64,000 nucleotides of DNA from Eledone cirrhosa (GCA_964016885.1 OZ024745.1:116436001-116500000), one strand, 5' to 3'. Shown: positions 25,776-40,832, counted from the first letter of the stretch. The notes: generated by a model from the sequence alone, not told the origin. Translations and numbers: made by a program.

Positions 25776-28700
25776 CCTGTGTCAGTGTTGAACAAAAAGG
25801 TGACGTGGTTGCCTTAACACCGTATGGCATAAATTCAGGCTGTTCGATTTGTTGACAAACAAACGAACAAAGCAGGCGTTATAATAAACGTCGGCTAAAC
25901 TGATGCGTGCATATATGTATGTGTACCTGTATGCATATGTGTATATATGTATATATATATATATATATATATGCATGCTACTGTACGTCTGTATACATAT
26001 ATGTATGTACGTATACATACATACTTACATTTAAGTAAGTGCCATACTAAGAGTGAGAAATGAAATTTCGTTTTCATTTTTTTCAACTTATCGTTTTCGG
26101 TATGCCTGACCGATTTAACTCACTCAATATGCAAATTAGGCTGCTCAGCCGTTAATTTTCATAAGGAAAGTATATACTTTCGAACGTTCAACTATCTGGC
26201 AGATGGGTAAACGGTGCTGATGATAGCTAACAAGCTTGAAACTAGTACATCGTTCCTGTGTCAGTGTTGAACAAAAAGGTGACGTGGTTGCCTTAACACC
26301 GTATGGCATAAATTCAGGCTGTTCGATTTGTTGACAAACAAACGAACAAAGCAGGCGTTATAATAAACGTCGGCTAAACTGATGCGTGCATATATGTATG
26401 TGTACCTGTATGCATATGTGTATATATGTATATATATATATATATATATATGCATGCTACTGTACGTCTGTATACATATATGTATGTACGTATACATACA
26501 TACTTACATTTAAGTAAGTGCCATACTAAGAGTGAGAAATGAAATTTCGTTTTCATTTTTTTCAACTTATCGTTTTCGGTATGCCTGACCGATTTAACTC
26601 ACTCAATATGCAAATTAGGCTGCTCAGCCGTTAATTTTCATAAGGAAAGTATATACTTTCGAACGTTCAACTATCTGGCAGATGGGTAAACGGTGCTGAT
26701 GATAGCTAACAAGCTTGAAACTAGTACATCGTTCCTGTGTCAGTGTTGAACAAAAAGGTGACGTGGTTGCCTTAACACCGTATGGCATAAATTCAGGCTG
26801 TTCGATTTGTTGACAAACAAACGAACAAAGCAGGCGTTATAATAAACGTCGGCTAAACTGATGCGTGCATATATGTATGTGTACCTGTATGCATATGTGT
26901 ATATATGTATATATATATATATATATATATACATGCTACTGTACGTCTGTATACATATATGTATGTACGTATACATACATACTTACATTTAAGTAAGTGC
27001 CATACTAAGAGTGAGAAATGAAATTTCGTTTTCATTTTTTTCAACTTATCGTTTTCGGTATGCCTGACCGATTTAACTCACTCAATATGCAAATTAGGCT
27101 GCTCAGCCGTTAATTTTCATAAGGAAAGTATATACTTTCGAACGTTCAACTATCTGGCAGATGGGTAAACGGTGCTGATGATAGCTAACAAGCTTGAAAC
27201 TAGTACATCGTTCCTGTGTCAGTGTTGAACAAAAAGGTGACGTGGTTGCCTTAACACCGTATGGCATAAATTCAGGCTGTTCGATTTGTTGACAAACAAA
27301 CGAACAAAGCAGGCGTTATAATAAACGTCGGCTAAACTGATGCGTGCATATATGTATGTGTACCTGTATGCATATGTGTATATATGTATATATATATATA
27401 TATATATATGCATGCTACTGTACGTCTGTATACATATATGTATGTACGTATACATACATACTTACATTTAAGTAAGTGCCATACTAAGAGTGAGAAATGA
27501 AATTTCGTTTTCATTTTTTTCAACTTATCGTTTTCGGTATGCCTGACCGATTTAACTCACTCAATATGCAAATTAGGCTGCTCAGCCGTTAATTTTCATA
27601 AGGAAAGTATATACTTTCGAACGTTCAACTATCTGGCAGATGGGTAAACGGTGCTGATGATAGCTAACAAGCTTGAAACTAGTACATCGTTCCTGTGTCA
27701 GTGTTGAACAAAAAGGTGACGTGGTTGCCTTAACACCGTATGGCATAAATTCAGGCTGTTCGATTTGTTGACAAACAAACGAACAAAGCAGGCGTTATAA
27801 TAAACGTCGGCTAAACTGATGCGTGCATATATGTATGTGTACCTGTATGCATATGTGTATATATGTATATATATATATATATATATATGCATGCTACTGT
27901 ACGTCTGTATACATATATGTATGTACGTATACATACATACTTACATTTAAGTAAGTGCCATACTAAGAGTGAGAAATGAAATTTCGTTTTCATTTTTTTC
28001 AACTTATCGTTTTCGGTATGCCTGACCGATTTAACTCACTCAATATGCAAATTAGGCTGCTCAGCCGTTAATTTTCATAAGGAAAGTATATACTTTCGAA
28101 CGTTCAACTATCTGGCAGATGGGTAAACGGTGCTGATGATAGCTAACAAGCTTGAAACTAGTACATCGTTCCGGTGTCAGTGTTGAACAAAAAGGTGACG
28201 TGGTTGCCTTAACACCGTATGGCATAAATTCAGGCTGTTCGATTTGTTGACAAACAAACGAACAAAGCAGGCGTTATAATAAACGTCGGCTAAACTGATG
28301 CGTGCATATATGTATGTGTACCTGTATGCATATGTGTATATATGTATATATATATATATATATATATGCATGCTACTGTACGTCTGTATACATATATGTA
28401 TGTACGTATACATACATACTTACATTTAAGTAAGTGCCATACTAAGAGTGAGAAATGAAATTTCGTTTTCATTTTTTTCAACTTATCGTTTTCGGTATGC
28501 CTGACCGATTTAACTCACTCAATATGCAAATTAGGCTGCTCAGCCGTTAATTTTCATAAGGAAAGTATATACTTTCGAACGTTCAACTATCTGGCAGATG
28601 GGTAAACGGTGCTGATGATAGCTAACAAGCTTGAAACTAGTACATCGTTCCTGTGTCAGTGTTGAACAAAAAGGTGACGTGGTTGCCTTAACACCGTATG

Positions 28701-30967
28701 GCATAAATTCAGGCTGTTCGATTTGTTGACAAACAAACGAACAAAGCAGGCGTTATAATAAACGTCGGCTAAACTGATGCGTGCATATATGTATGTGTAC
28801 CTGTATGCATATGTGTATATATGTATATATATATATATATATATATGCATGCTACTGTACGTCTGTATACATATATGTATGTACGTATACATACATACTT
28901 ACATTTAAGTAAGTGCCATACTAAGAGTGAGAAATGAAATTTCGTTTTCATTTTTTTCAACTTATCGTTTTCGGTATGCCTGACCGATTTAACTCACTCA
29001 ATATGCAAATTAGGCTGCTCAGCCGTTAATTTTCATAAGGAAAGTATATACTTTCGAACGTTCAACTATCTGGCAGATGGGTAAACGGTGCTGATGATAG
29101 CTAACAAGCTTGAAACTAGTACATCGTTCCTGTGTCAGTGTTGAACAAAAAGGTGACGTGGTTGCCTTAACACCGTATGGCATAAATTCAGGCTGTTCGA
29201 TTTGTTGACAAACAAACGAACAAAGCAGGCGTTATAATAAACGTCGGCTAAACTGATGCGTGCATATATGTATGTGTACCTGTATGCATATGTGTATATA
29301 TGTATATATATATATATATATATATGCATGCTACTGTACGTCTGTATACATATATGTATGTACGTATACATACATACTTACATTTAAGTAAGTGCCATAC
29401 TAAGAGTGAGAAATGAAATTTCGTTTTCATTTTTTTCAACTTATCGTTTTCGGTATGCCTGACCGATTTAACTCACTCAATATGCAAATTAGGCTGCTCA
29501 GCCGTTAATTTTCATAAGGAAAGTATATACTTTCGAACGTTCAACTATCTGGCAGATGGGTAAACGGTGCTGATGATAGCTAACAAGCTTGAAACTAGTA
29601 CATCGTTCCTGTGTCAGTGTTGAACAAAAAGGTGACGTGGTTGCCTTAACACCGTATGGCATAAATTCAGGCTGTTCGATTTGTTGACAAACAAACGAAC
29701 AAAGCAGGCGTTATAATAAACGTCGGCTAAACTGATGCGTGCATATATGTATGTGTACCTGTATGCATATGTGTATATATGTATATATATATATATATAT
29801 ATATGCATGCTACTGTACGTCTGTATACATATATGTATGTACGTATACATACATACTTACATTTAAGTAAGTGCCATACTAAGAGTGAGAAATGAAATTT
29901 CGTTTTCATTTTTTTCAACTTATCGTTTTCGGTATGCCTGACCGATTTAACTCACTCAATATGCAAATTAGGCTGCTCAGCCGTTAATTTTCATAAGGAA
30001 AGTATATACTTTCGAACGTTCAACTATCTGGCAGATGGGTAAACGGTGCTGATGATAGCTAACAAGCTTGAAACTAGTACATCGTTCCTGTGTCAGTGTT
30101 GAACAAAAAGGTGACGTGGTTGCCTTAACACCGTATGGCATAAATTCAGGCTGTTCGATTTGTTGACAAACAAACGAACAAAGCAGGCGTTATAATAAAC
30201 GTCGGCTAAACTGATGCGTGCATATATGTATGTGTACCTGTATGCATATGTGTATATATGTATATATATATATATATATATATGCATGCTACTGTACGTC
30301 TGTATACATATATGTATGTACGTATACATACATACTTACATTTAAGTAAGTGCCATACTAAGAGTGAGAAATGAAATTTCGTTTTCATTTTTTTCAACTT
30401 ATCGTTTTCGGTATGCCTGACCGATTTAACTCACTCAATATGCAAATTAGGCTGCTCAGCCGTTAATTTTCATAAGGAAAGTATATACTTTCGAACGTTC
30501 AACTATCTGGCAGATGGGTAAACGGTGCTGATGATAGCTAACAAGCTTGAAACTAGTACATCGTTCCTGTGTCAGTGTTGAACAAAAAGGTGACGTGGTT
30601 GCCTTAACACCGTATGGCATAAATTCAGGCTGTTCGATTTGTTGACAAACAAACGAACAAAGCAGGCGTTATAATAAACGTCGGCTAAACTGATGCGTGC
30701 ATATATGTATGTGTACCTGTATGCATATGTGTATATATGTATATATATATATATATATATATGCATGCTACTGTACGTCTGTATACATATATGTATGTAC
30801 GTATACATACATACTTATATATATATATAGATATAGATATATATATATAGATAGATAATTTAATATATCTACTAACATAAGCGCACAGATGTACGCTAAT
30901 GCCAGCAAATACACAGGTTATGTCATAGTACCTAGGTGGTTCAATGCAGGAGAATGCAGAACAATAA

Positions 30968-31261
30968 TATAAAAGACGTAAAATAAGAAAATTTTTTTAA
31001 AAAAATTAAAAAAAAATTAACTTACTTACTTAAATTTTCACTCCAACTAATTAGTTTCTGCAATGGGATAAAGACAGTTATGTAATGAACTGTTGAGAAT
31101 TTCATTGCTGATGACGCAATGAAATTCTCAACAGTTCATTACGTAACTGTCTTTCTGTCTTTATCCCATTGCAGAAACTAATTGGTTGGAGTGAAAATTT
31201 AAGTAAGTAAGTTAATTTAAAAAAAAAAATTTTTTTTTTAATTTTCTTATTTTACGTCTTT

Positions 31262-31265
<4 letters not shown>
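30968..31265. repeat. Fold-back palindrome of a family C relative, hinged at the HHR core
   Basis: ~140-bp arms; centre CATTG-CTGATGA-C-GCAATG; downstream CATTGC-A-GAAA-CTAATTGG-TT-GGAG. Confidence 0.85.
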
Positions 31266-31329
<64 letters not shown>

Positions 31330-31335
<6 letters not shown>

Positions 31336-31885
31336 TGTATATACAGTGTGTTTTGCAATACACTGTATGCTTAATTAAGACCATACGCTATTGTTTTAAA
31401 CTAGTGACAATGTCACTTACTTAAATTTTCAGCAAACAGAGGACAAAAGCTGACAGAGCTCTGTTTCGTACTTGTCTTCAAAATGCTTTTAATTAAGCAT
31501 ACAATGTATTGCAAAATACACTATATATACATTCATATATATATCGCTATTTCAGAGCACTAATTCTAATTTTCAATTTCTGCTGGACCACCGACCGCTC
31601 TGTATAATCAATTCCTGATTACTACTGAAATTCTATAAGAATCCAGCACACATAATTTTCAGCAAACAGGAAGAGTAGTGAGCTTTGATAAGTACCAACA
31701 AGAACGAAACAGAGCTCTGACAGCTTATCTCCCCTGTTTGCTGAAATTTTAAGTAAGTGACATTGTCACAACTTTAAAACAATAGCGTATGGTCTTCAAA
31801 ATGCCTTTAATTAAGCATAGTGTATTGCAAAATACACTATATATAAATTCATATATATATCGCTATTTCAGAGCATAAATTCTAG
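31330..31885 (+). mobile_element. Family D element: inverted partial copy plus ~1.3 tandem units; HHR at 31681-31725 (U3-A8, cleavage triplet mutated to GAC)
   Basis: AGCT-TTGATAA-GT..AC-GAAA-CAGAGCTCTG-AC-AGCT. The inverted partial copy at 31448-31470 retains GTC. Confidence 0.8.
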
Positions 31886-32048
31886 TATATGTATATATAT
31901 ATATAAATACCTGCTGATAACGTGATATTCCTTGTTCGATCATTATACCAAATGCTTATAGTTTTAAGCAGACAGCATTATTGATTTAGGTGTATAGAAA
32001 ACCTATATTTGGATTTTACCATCAATTCCAATGGGCCCAGGTTTGTTA

Positions 32049-32144
<96 letters not shown>

Positions 32145-32356
32145 CTTTTATCATTTATTTTGTCTGACTTGTTTAGCTTGACTTGTTTTTTGGCTTAGGT
32201 GGTTAATGCCTTCTTGACTGCCTTTTCAGTTTGTATGGCGTTTATAACATATGCTTATAGCTCTGTTTTTTTTAAATTATGGAGCGCTTGCCAGCATGAC
32301 TCTGGATTTGTGTCTCGGTTCGCTTTTTCTACCCGCCGAAATGCGATTCGGGCTGA

Positions 32357-32410
<54 letters not shown>

Positions 32411-32414
<4 letters not shown>

Positions 32415-32810
32415 GAAATAGGATTAGCTTCAAGCATACCTGTATACATATATCTATAGAATGTTTCGTAATTCTAAAGATACACGGTCTGTTTATACAA
32501 ACATTTAGGAAGCTGTAGCTATGCAAACACCGGGGCTAACGCCCTCTGGTTGTTTGTCCAGCAGAAGCGAGGGGGACAACCGTCTATGCATTTCAGACTT
32601 GACTGGTCTTCATCAGGACGGTCCCTCCCACGCTTGCAGCTAATGGACTTAAAAACAGTCGAGAATATATAGTTTACTCGTCTGTGAAAATGTGGTGGTT
32701 AATCCCATTTGCATATGAAGCTGCATAAGTTGGCTCAACTTATAATAGAATAGAATTAGGACTTAGCTTCAAGCATAGCTGTATACATATATCTATAGAA
32801 TGTTTCCTGT
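32411..32810 (-). mobile_element. ~340-bp HHR-bearing unit with ~55-bp terminal direct repeat (family F)
   Basis: TTAGCTTCAAGCATA.CTGTATACATATATCTATAGAATGTTTC at 32424 and 32763; flanked by (TA)n. Confidence 0.8.
32579..32622 (-). ncRNA. Minimal hammerhead ribozyme (family F)
   Basis: rc: ACCGTC-CTGATGA-AGAC-CAGTCAA-GTCT-GAAA-TGCA-TA^-GACGGT. All helices pair and helix III is palindromic. Confidence 0.88.
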
Positions 32811-32840
32811 AAACATACAGAATTTCTTTAGAAATACGTA

Positions 32841-32930
<90 letters not shown>

Positions 32931-32969
32931 CAAAATATTAATAAATGAAGACATTCACATAATAAAATA

Positions 32970-33035
32970 TGTTTTATTATATATATTTCGAAGGTACTGT
33001 GCTGTTGTTTCAGTATGTTCTCCTCAGATAAAATA
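32970..33035 (-). ncRNA. Minimal hammerhead ribozyme (family B relative)
   Basis: rc: TATTTTAT-CTGAGGA-GAACATACTG..CAGTACCTTC-GAAA-TATATA-TA^-ATAAAACA. Confidence 0.7.
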
Positions 33036-33053
33036 CATGAATATATATATATG

Positions 33054-33119
33054 TATTTTAACTGACGAGAGTGTACTGAAAAAACACCAGTGTACCTTCG
33101 AAATATATATAATAAAACA
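33054..33119 (+). ncRNA. Minimal hammerhead ribozyme (family B relative), inverted partner of 32970-33035
   Basis: TATTTTAA-CTGACGA-GAGTGTACTG..CAGTGTACCTTC-GAAA-TATATA-TA^-ATAAAACA. Confidence 0.65.
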
Positions 33120-33279
33120 TATATTTTGATTATGTAATTGTCTTCATTTATTAATATTTTGAATAATATTAATAACTCCAGAAAACTTTACTCTAGAGTG
33201 CTTTTAATCTATTGTAAATCTATATTCATTGAGTAATCAATGAACCATATGAACCATATGAATCATTGGTTATATATAC

Positions 33280-33406
<127 letters not shown>

Positions 33407-33700
33407 TATATCACAATAACCTTGATCTTCTCTCCTTTCTTTAGAAAAGGGAAAGCAAAATAAAACAGAAGAGAAGAAATAAAAGATGAATAATGTTATT
33501 ATTCTCTGACGTTTGAAGACAAAAAACCTTCGTAGACGATATTTCATGTCGAATTGTCTTGAAAATAATAATAATACATTTTTATTGTCTGTAATAAAAA
33601 AAAAATACGAATTTCAAAATGTTTTATTTCTCAGTTCATCTGAATAATTATTTCAACTAAAACAATCTCTTTTCAAGTTGAATATATATATATATATATA

Positions 33701-34607
<907 letters not shown>

Positions 34608-35422
34608 TTGTTTCGACACACGATTTCATATAAAAAAAACCTCCCAAAACTAATATATATATATATATATAGTAATAATAATAAATTTGAAGACTAAAAT
34701 CCATAGAGGGCTCGATAAGGATAAATATATATCAAATATATAAGAACCGTAGAGCAAATATTTATTAAAATAACAGATTAAAGTTTAAGCAAAGAATCGC
34801 TGCTTTCACCCTTAATGGGATCTTCTGAAACTAACAAAGTCAATCTGTGAACGCGGAAGTGAATATTTCAAAAAACGTTGCAACCGGAGGAAGACAGGAA
34901 GACGATACTTTGGTTCGTGGAAACGTTCCCTGGCAAAGAACGGGAATAAACGAATATAATACGTCATTATTTTGAGCGGTGAAACACAATTACACGCAAA
35001 GACAAAACCACGTTTATGGTATAAAAGAAGTCGTAGACTAATATTCTATTAGGTGGTTCATAGAGACGTTCTCTGGCAATGAACGAAAAAAACGAAAATA
35101 ACACGTCATATGTTGAGCGGGGAAAACAATTACACGCAAAGACAAAACCACGTAGACTAAAATTCTAACTAGGAAACCGAATGATTCTCGGCTTCAGAGT
35201 TAAGAATAAAGTAAAGAAAATACAGAGGTAATCGAAATTAAATAAATACAGACACGCATCCATATACGTACATACACAAGCATACGCGAAAACAGTCGCC
35301 ATAGGTATACAAATACACGCACGTACACAAAAAAAGAAAAAACCCGCACGCACATACAGAACCCACACAACACCTGTAACCGCATGCATACGAATGTATA
35401 CACCAAATACTCATAAAATTAA

Positions 35423-35469
<47 letters not shown>

Positions 35470-35713
35470 ATTAGTTTAGCGAGGTTTTTTATATGAAATC
35501 GTGTGTCGAAACAGATATTGTTATACTTGGGGAGGGTCATATTTGCGTAATATTATTTTTGACCGTCGGTCAGTCAATGGCAACATTGAGGACCGAGTAA
35601 GTTAGATCGAAGATATAAAAGACAGCGAGAAGCGAAAACCAACCAAACAGTGAGTGTGTTCTGTTATTAATTCTGGCAATATTACACAAATATGACCCTC
35701 CCCAAGTATAACA

Positions 35714-35809
<96 letters not shown>

Positions 35810-35944
35810 TTTATAAATATGGTTTTATAAATATAGTTTCCATTTATTAATATCATTGATATTATACTCCACAAAATCTGTCGATCGCTTCGAAACTGTT
35901 ATAAATATATTTGTGGAATTACCAACAAATTAAATATCTCTTTG

Positions 35945-36020
<76 letters not shown>

Positions 36021-36899
36021 CAAAGAGACATTAAAGTTTTGTTGAAGTGGTAGAATATCAATCAAGAAATTTAAAATATAACTAAAGCATGAGTTATAAT
36101 ATTATATATATAATCATTATAATTAAATTATATGAGGAATTATGGTTGTTAGTACATTTTATCTGATATCTATATAGATAAATAAATATATAAATATAAA
36201 TATTATTGGTGATTATATATTCTATTATTTTTAATAGATATATAACTCACATATTAATTCTATTATTTTTAATAGATATATAACTCATATATTAATTTGT
36301 TTACATTTTCAATATATATTACGAAGGATGTTCAGTTTACATTTTAAATATATAGTTATGAAATAGAAGTAGTTCAAAATTTTAGTATAGAGGAAAACAT
36401 TTTGTACATTCATATAGTTTCATCAAAGATTGAAAATATTTAGAGAAAATTATTAATTTAACGAAATTACATAGAATTTAGTATATATATTATTGTTACG
36501 AAGGATGTCTGTTTGCTTCATTATAAAGGAAAAGATAACTCCAATATTAGTTGTTAAACTATTAACGTTAGATTTGTCGTATATTTAGAATTTACTTGGA
36601 AAATGCGGAATGTATGTAGTGTAAGATTATAAGGTATTTTATATTACAGGGTTTTCAAGAATGAGAATTTCAATTATATATGTATTTAGATACTATCTAC
36701 GTCGATACTTGTGTGAAAAGTTTAAATGAAGAAAAAATATTATTAGAGATGTCATGAGTGTATTTAGAAAAACTATCATAAAAAGAGGATATCATTCAAA
36801 ATATCAATTAAAAAAATATATCAATCTAAAAAAAACAATATCATTGGTTAAAATATTAAATTAAGAAGAATAAGGAAAAAAGTCATTTAAAAACCACTA

Positions 36900-37093
36900 A
36901 AACATTGCCAGAAGCATTGTAAAGATATATAAGATGTGGTCAAATGAAATCAATATTATAGATTGAAAATACTTCGGAAAGTTGATTTTTGGCGATGCCT
37001 GCAAAAACTGAATATCTCATTTTTTAAATTAATAGAATTTTGGCAGTTAAGTATATAAAAAATTTCCTCGATACACAAATGACAAATTTTTGA
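36900..37093 (-). mobile_element. PLE 3'-end fragment
   Basis: Reverse complement resembles 11455-11620 (ICHLCIE..YI.NCQN.INLK, SFCRHRQKSTFRSIF). Confidence 0.75.
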
Positions 37094-37200
37094 TCATTTT
37101 AGATATTTATATATTTATAACCTGTTGTAATATTATAAGATAAAATGTATTTACAACCATAATTCCTAATATAATCTAATTGTAATGATTATATATATAA

Positions 37201-38102
37201 CTAGAAGTGGTACCCGGCGTTGCACGGGATAAGGTATTTCGGAACGCGGGCCACCAACAGACCTAATCGTGGAAAGACTGCATGCCTGGACAATATGTAA
37301 AGAAAATAAACCAAATATTCTGATGGCTGGATAATCTTTCATTTTTCCTCAATGAAGCAGGAAATATGCAGGTTTTCCCCTAGGGGATCATAAGATAATT
37401 TTTTATCTGCATAATATGCCTTGAAATTTCAGGGAAATCGGCTAGACGTAACGCCTCCAAAAAGCCCTAAAAACCTGAAAATATGAAGTTTTTCACCTAA
37501 TGCGGGTCCTAGTCCATAAACAGTTGGATTTTCCTTGCTCACGGTATGAAGAAGAGACTAACTAATACATAGTTAAAATTTCAAGGAAATCGGTCTGACG
37601 TAACGCCTCAAAAAAACCCTAAAAAGGTTTACAAACGCAGTTTTTCACCTAATACGGGCCCTAGGAGATCAAAATTTGTGTATGTGCATAACACTCCCTG
37701 AAACATACGTCATACACATGTAAAGTTTGAAAAGATTCGGTTGGGTACTTCTCGAGTTTTAGGGATTCAAACTCACAGACACACACACGGACAGACATCC
37801 TCATGGAAGTGACGTAATGCAGACAGACAGACAGACATACAGACAGATATTATAAGGGAGCGCGACGTTATATGTATGTATCTATCTAAAAAGAGAAAGA
37901 CTAAGAATTATAGAGAGAGATCGCTAAATCGCCTAATGCGGTCCCTAGGGCATTGAAAATTTGAAATTCATTTTACTCAGAACACTCCCTGAATCATATG
38001 TATTACATGTGTAAAGTTTGAAAACAGTCGATTGGGTGCTTCTCGGGGTTTAGGGATTCAAACTCACACACAGGCAGACATCTTCAGTTTTATATATTTA
38101 GA
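37201..38102 (-). mobile_element. Non-autonomous Helitron (902 bp)
   Basis: rc begins TC and ends with hairpin CCCGTGCAACGCCGGG followed by CTAG. Inserted between A and T with no TSD. Internal subrepeats and (CAGA)n; an empty-site paralogue lies at 36075-36120. Confidence 0.88.
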
Positions 38103-38448
38103 TATTATAACTCATGCTTTAGTTATATTTTTAATTTCTTGATTGATATTCTACCACTTCAACAACATTTTTATTTTTAACGTTTTAATTTTAAATTCAC
38201 GTACACTCTAATATTAATATAAGCTTCTCTTTCTTCTTTATATATCGTAATACTTATTTAAAAATAACGATTTTTCAGCCCTACGCTTCAACTTCATTTG
38301 CATATTCATCAAAATAATTTGAAACATTTGTTCTTTTTCCTTTCTTCCTCTTTTTTTCTTTTTTCCTCTATCCTCTCACTATCCAAACGGAACCTGAACT
38401 GTTAAGGTATGATTCCTGGGTATGTCACTATATATGAAACAAATTTTG

Positions 38449-38509
38449 TATTTTATCTGATGAGATCGTACCAAAGCTTTGGTACCCTTGAAATATATAT
38501 AATAGAATA
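38449..38509 (+). ncRNA. Minimal hammerhead ribozyme (family B)
   Basis: TATTTTAT-CTGATGA-GATCGTACCAAAGCTTTGGTACCCTT-GAAA-TATATA-TA^-ATAGAATA; paralogue of 13935. Confidence 0.78.
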
Positions 38510-38680
38510 AATATGGTTTTATAAATATAGTTTCAATTTATTAATATCATTGATATAGATATATATACAACGGAGGAGTTGTGGTAAGGAACCAGATGGA
38601 CCACAACACACTAAAGACTTTAATCCAGAAATAGCCGTCGAAACGGCTTGAGCTCTGCCGTCGGGGTCATACTTTCTCAC

Positions 38681-38738
<58 letters not shown>

Positions 38739-38739
38739 G

Positions 38740-38875
<136 letters not shown>

Positions 38876-38878
38876 TAT

Positions 38879-38928
<50 letters not shown>

Positions 38929-38937
38929 ATATATGTG

Positions 38938-39088
38938 TGACCAAGGTTAACATATGTTGATGCCCTAAGGACAGACACTGGTCTGTTGGAGATGCAGGAT
39001 ATGGCAGCGATAATGAGGGACAGAGACCGCTGGAGAAAACTCGTCCATGGAACTCGGGAATTTTACCCGCCTTAGATAGATAGATAGA
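38938..39088 (+). mobile_element. RTE LINE 3'-terminal fragment (~150 bp) with (TAGA)4 tail
   Basis: Near-identical to 17278-17420; embedded in (TA)n. Confidence 0.95.
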
Positions 39089-39105
39089 TATATACATATA
39101 TATAT

Positions 39106-39156
<51 letters not shown>

Positions 39157-40140
39157 ATGTGTGTGTGTGTTTCATATATGTGCGTGTGTGTGTGTGCGGA
39201 AATATGTATATATATAGGTATAATACAAAATTAATACCAAGGTTCTTATTCAAATTCCATCGATAATTTCTACAATTGTTTCTATGGAGATAAAAGTAGT
39301 CCTAGTAAGTAGAATAAATCAATTAATCAGTCAGACATAAACGTAGTAGCCAATCAATCATAAGCCATCTTTAATTACCAGTAGCTTAACCCTTTAGAGT
39401 TGTCCTTTGGATTGGATTCCTGCTTCCTGTTGAATTTAATAACGCATTGAAATTGACGCATAGCCATTTGTGTAGGTGTAGTTAGTGTGTTTTGATAAAT
39501 AAAAACATCGGTAGAGTTACCGAAATATTTTGTTTTTGTTTCTATTCAATTAGAATAACGAAACAGTTGTCTGACATTCTCAACAGCTACTGAGATATAT
39601 GTGGCATACTCGCAGAATAAAGGAGAGAAAAAAATATTTTTATAACTAAAAATATATTTTCTTTACTTATAGCGAGGCTCTCAACGCTACTTCCAAAAAA
39701 TTATAACCAGCCAAGTTGAGAAAATATGCAAATAAATATCTTCAGCCGGTGTGTTTTATTTGCTATATGCAAATGTGTATCTCAAGCAAATGTTGCTTAC
39801 GCAAAATGTATATATGCTTTAGTCTATTCTCATCTATATATTTTTGATATACTCTTTATATGTTTTTTATACATGTTTTGGGTTACCCTTTACATTATTC
39901 CTATGAACTTCCCATGTGTAATTTTGTTTATAAGGTTTCTGTATGTAGATTAGTTCAAATATTTTCAAATATTTTTGTACAGTTTATTTTCATATATGTG
40001 CGTACGTGTGTTTGTGCGTACGTGTGTATGTGTGTTTGTGCGTACGTGTGTATGTGTGTGTATGTATGTGTGTGTGTATGTACAAGTACACACACGTATA
40101 TGTGTGTGTGTGTGCGTTTGCATGCACATACATATATATA

Positions 40141-40177
<37 letters not shown>

Positions 40178-40270
40178 GTGTGTGTATATTTATATGTGTG
40201 TGTGTGTAAGAGTATGCTTGACTGAATGCATATGTAAGCGCGTGTGTGTAAGTATGGGTGAGCATATATA

Positions 40271-40314
<44 letters not shown>

Positions 40315-40344
40315 TATATATATATATGATTTTTCGTTTTCTAT

Positions 40345-40424
<80 letters not shown>

Positions 40425-40443
40425 CAACTTTTAATAGAACTTT

Positions 40444-40552
<109 letters not shown>

Positions 40553-40708
40553 GAAAACGAAAAATCAGTGATGCATCTGAACTCGATTTATTGTGTGTTA
40601 GAACTGTTTCCCCGGCGGACAGCTCGAGACGCGATCATTGTGTGGATCTGTATGATTCTGGACCCGCAGGTTCGACGGACACGTCTAATGATTTCGGAAC
40701 ATATTCTC

Positions 40709-40788
<80 letters not shown>

Positions 40789-40832
40789 ATAAATTTCGAT
40801 GCATCACTGATTCTTCGTTTTCCATTATATAT

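Larger units (their letters stand above)
24437..30817. mobile_element. Retrozyme-like array of 479-bp units (family A): ~2.5 inverted units (24437-25613) plus ~10.9 units (25613-30817), in (TA)n
   Basis: Exact 479-bp period, also visible in the ORF track. Units are nearly identical and each complete unit has one HHR. Orientation switches at 25613. Confidence 0.92.

Noticed and set aside
24441-30808. Repeated 63-aa and 78-aa ORFs in the array
   Set aside because: They run through TA/CA microsatellite, have no domain features and lie antisense to the ribozyme.
24437-30817. CRISPR array
   Set aside because: Units are identical along their whole length, with no unique spacers and no cas genes, in a eukaryotic context.
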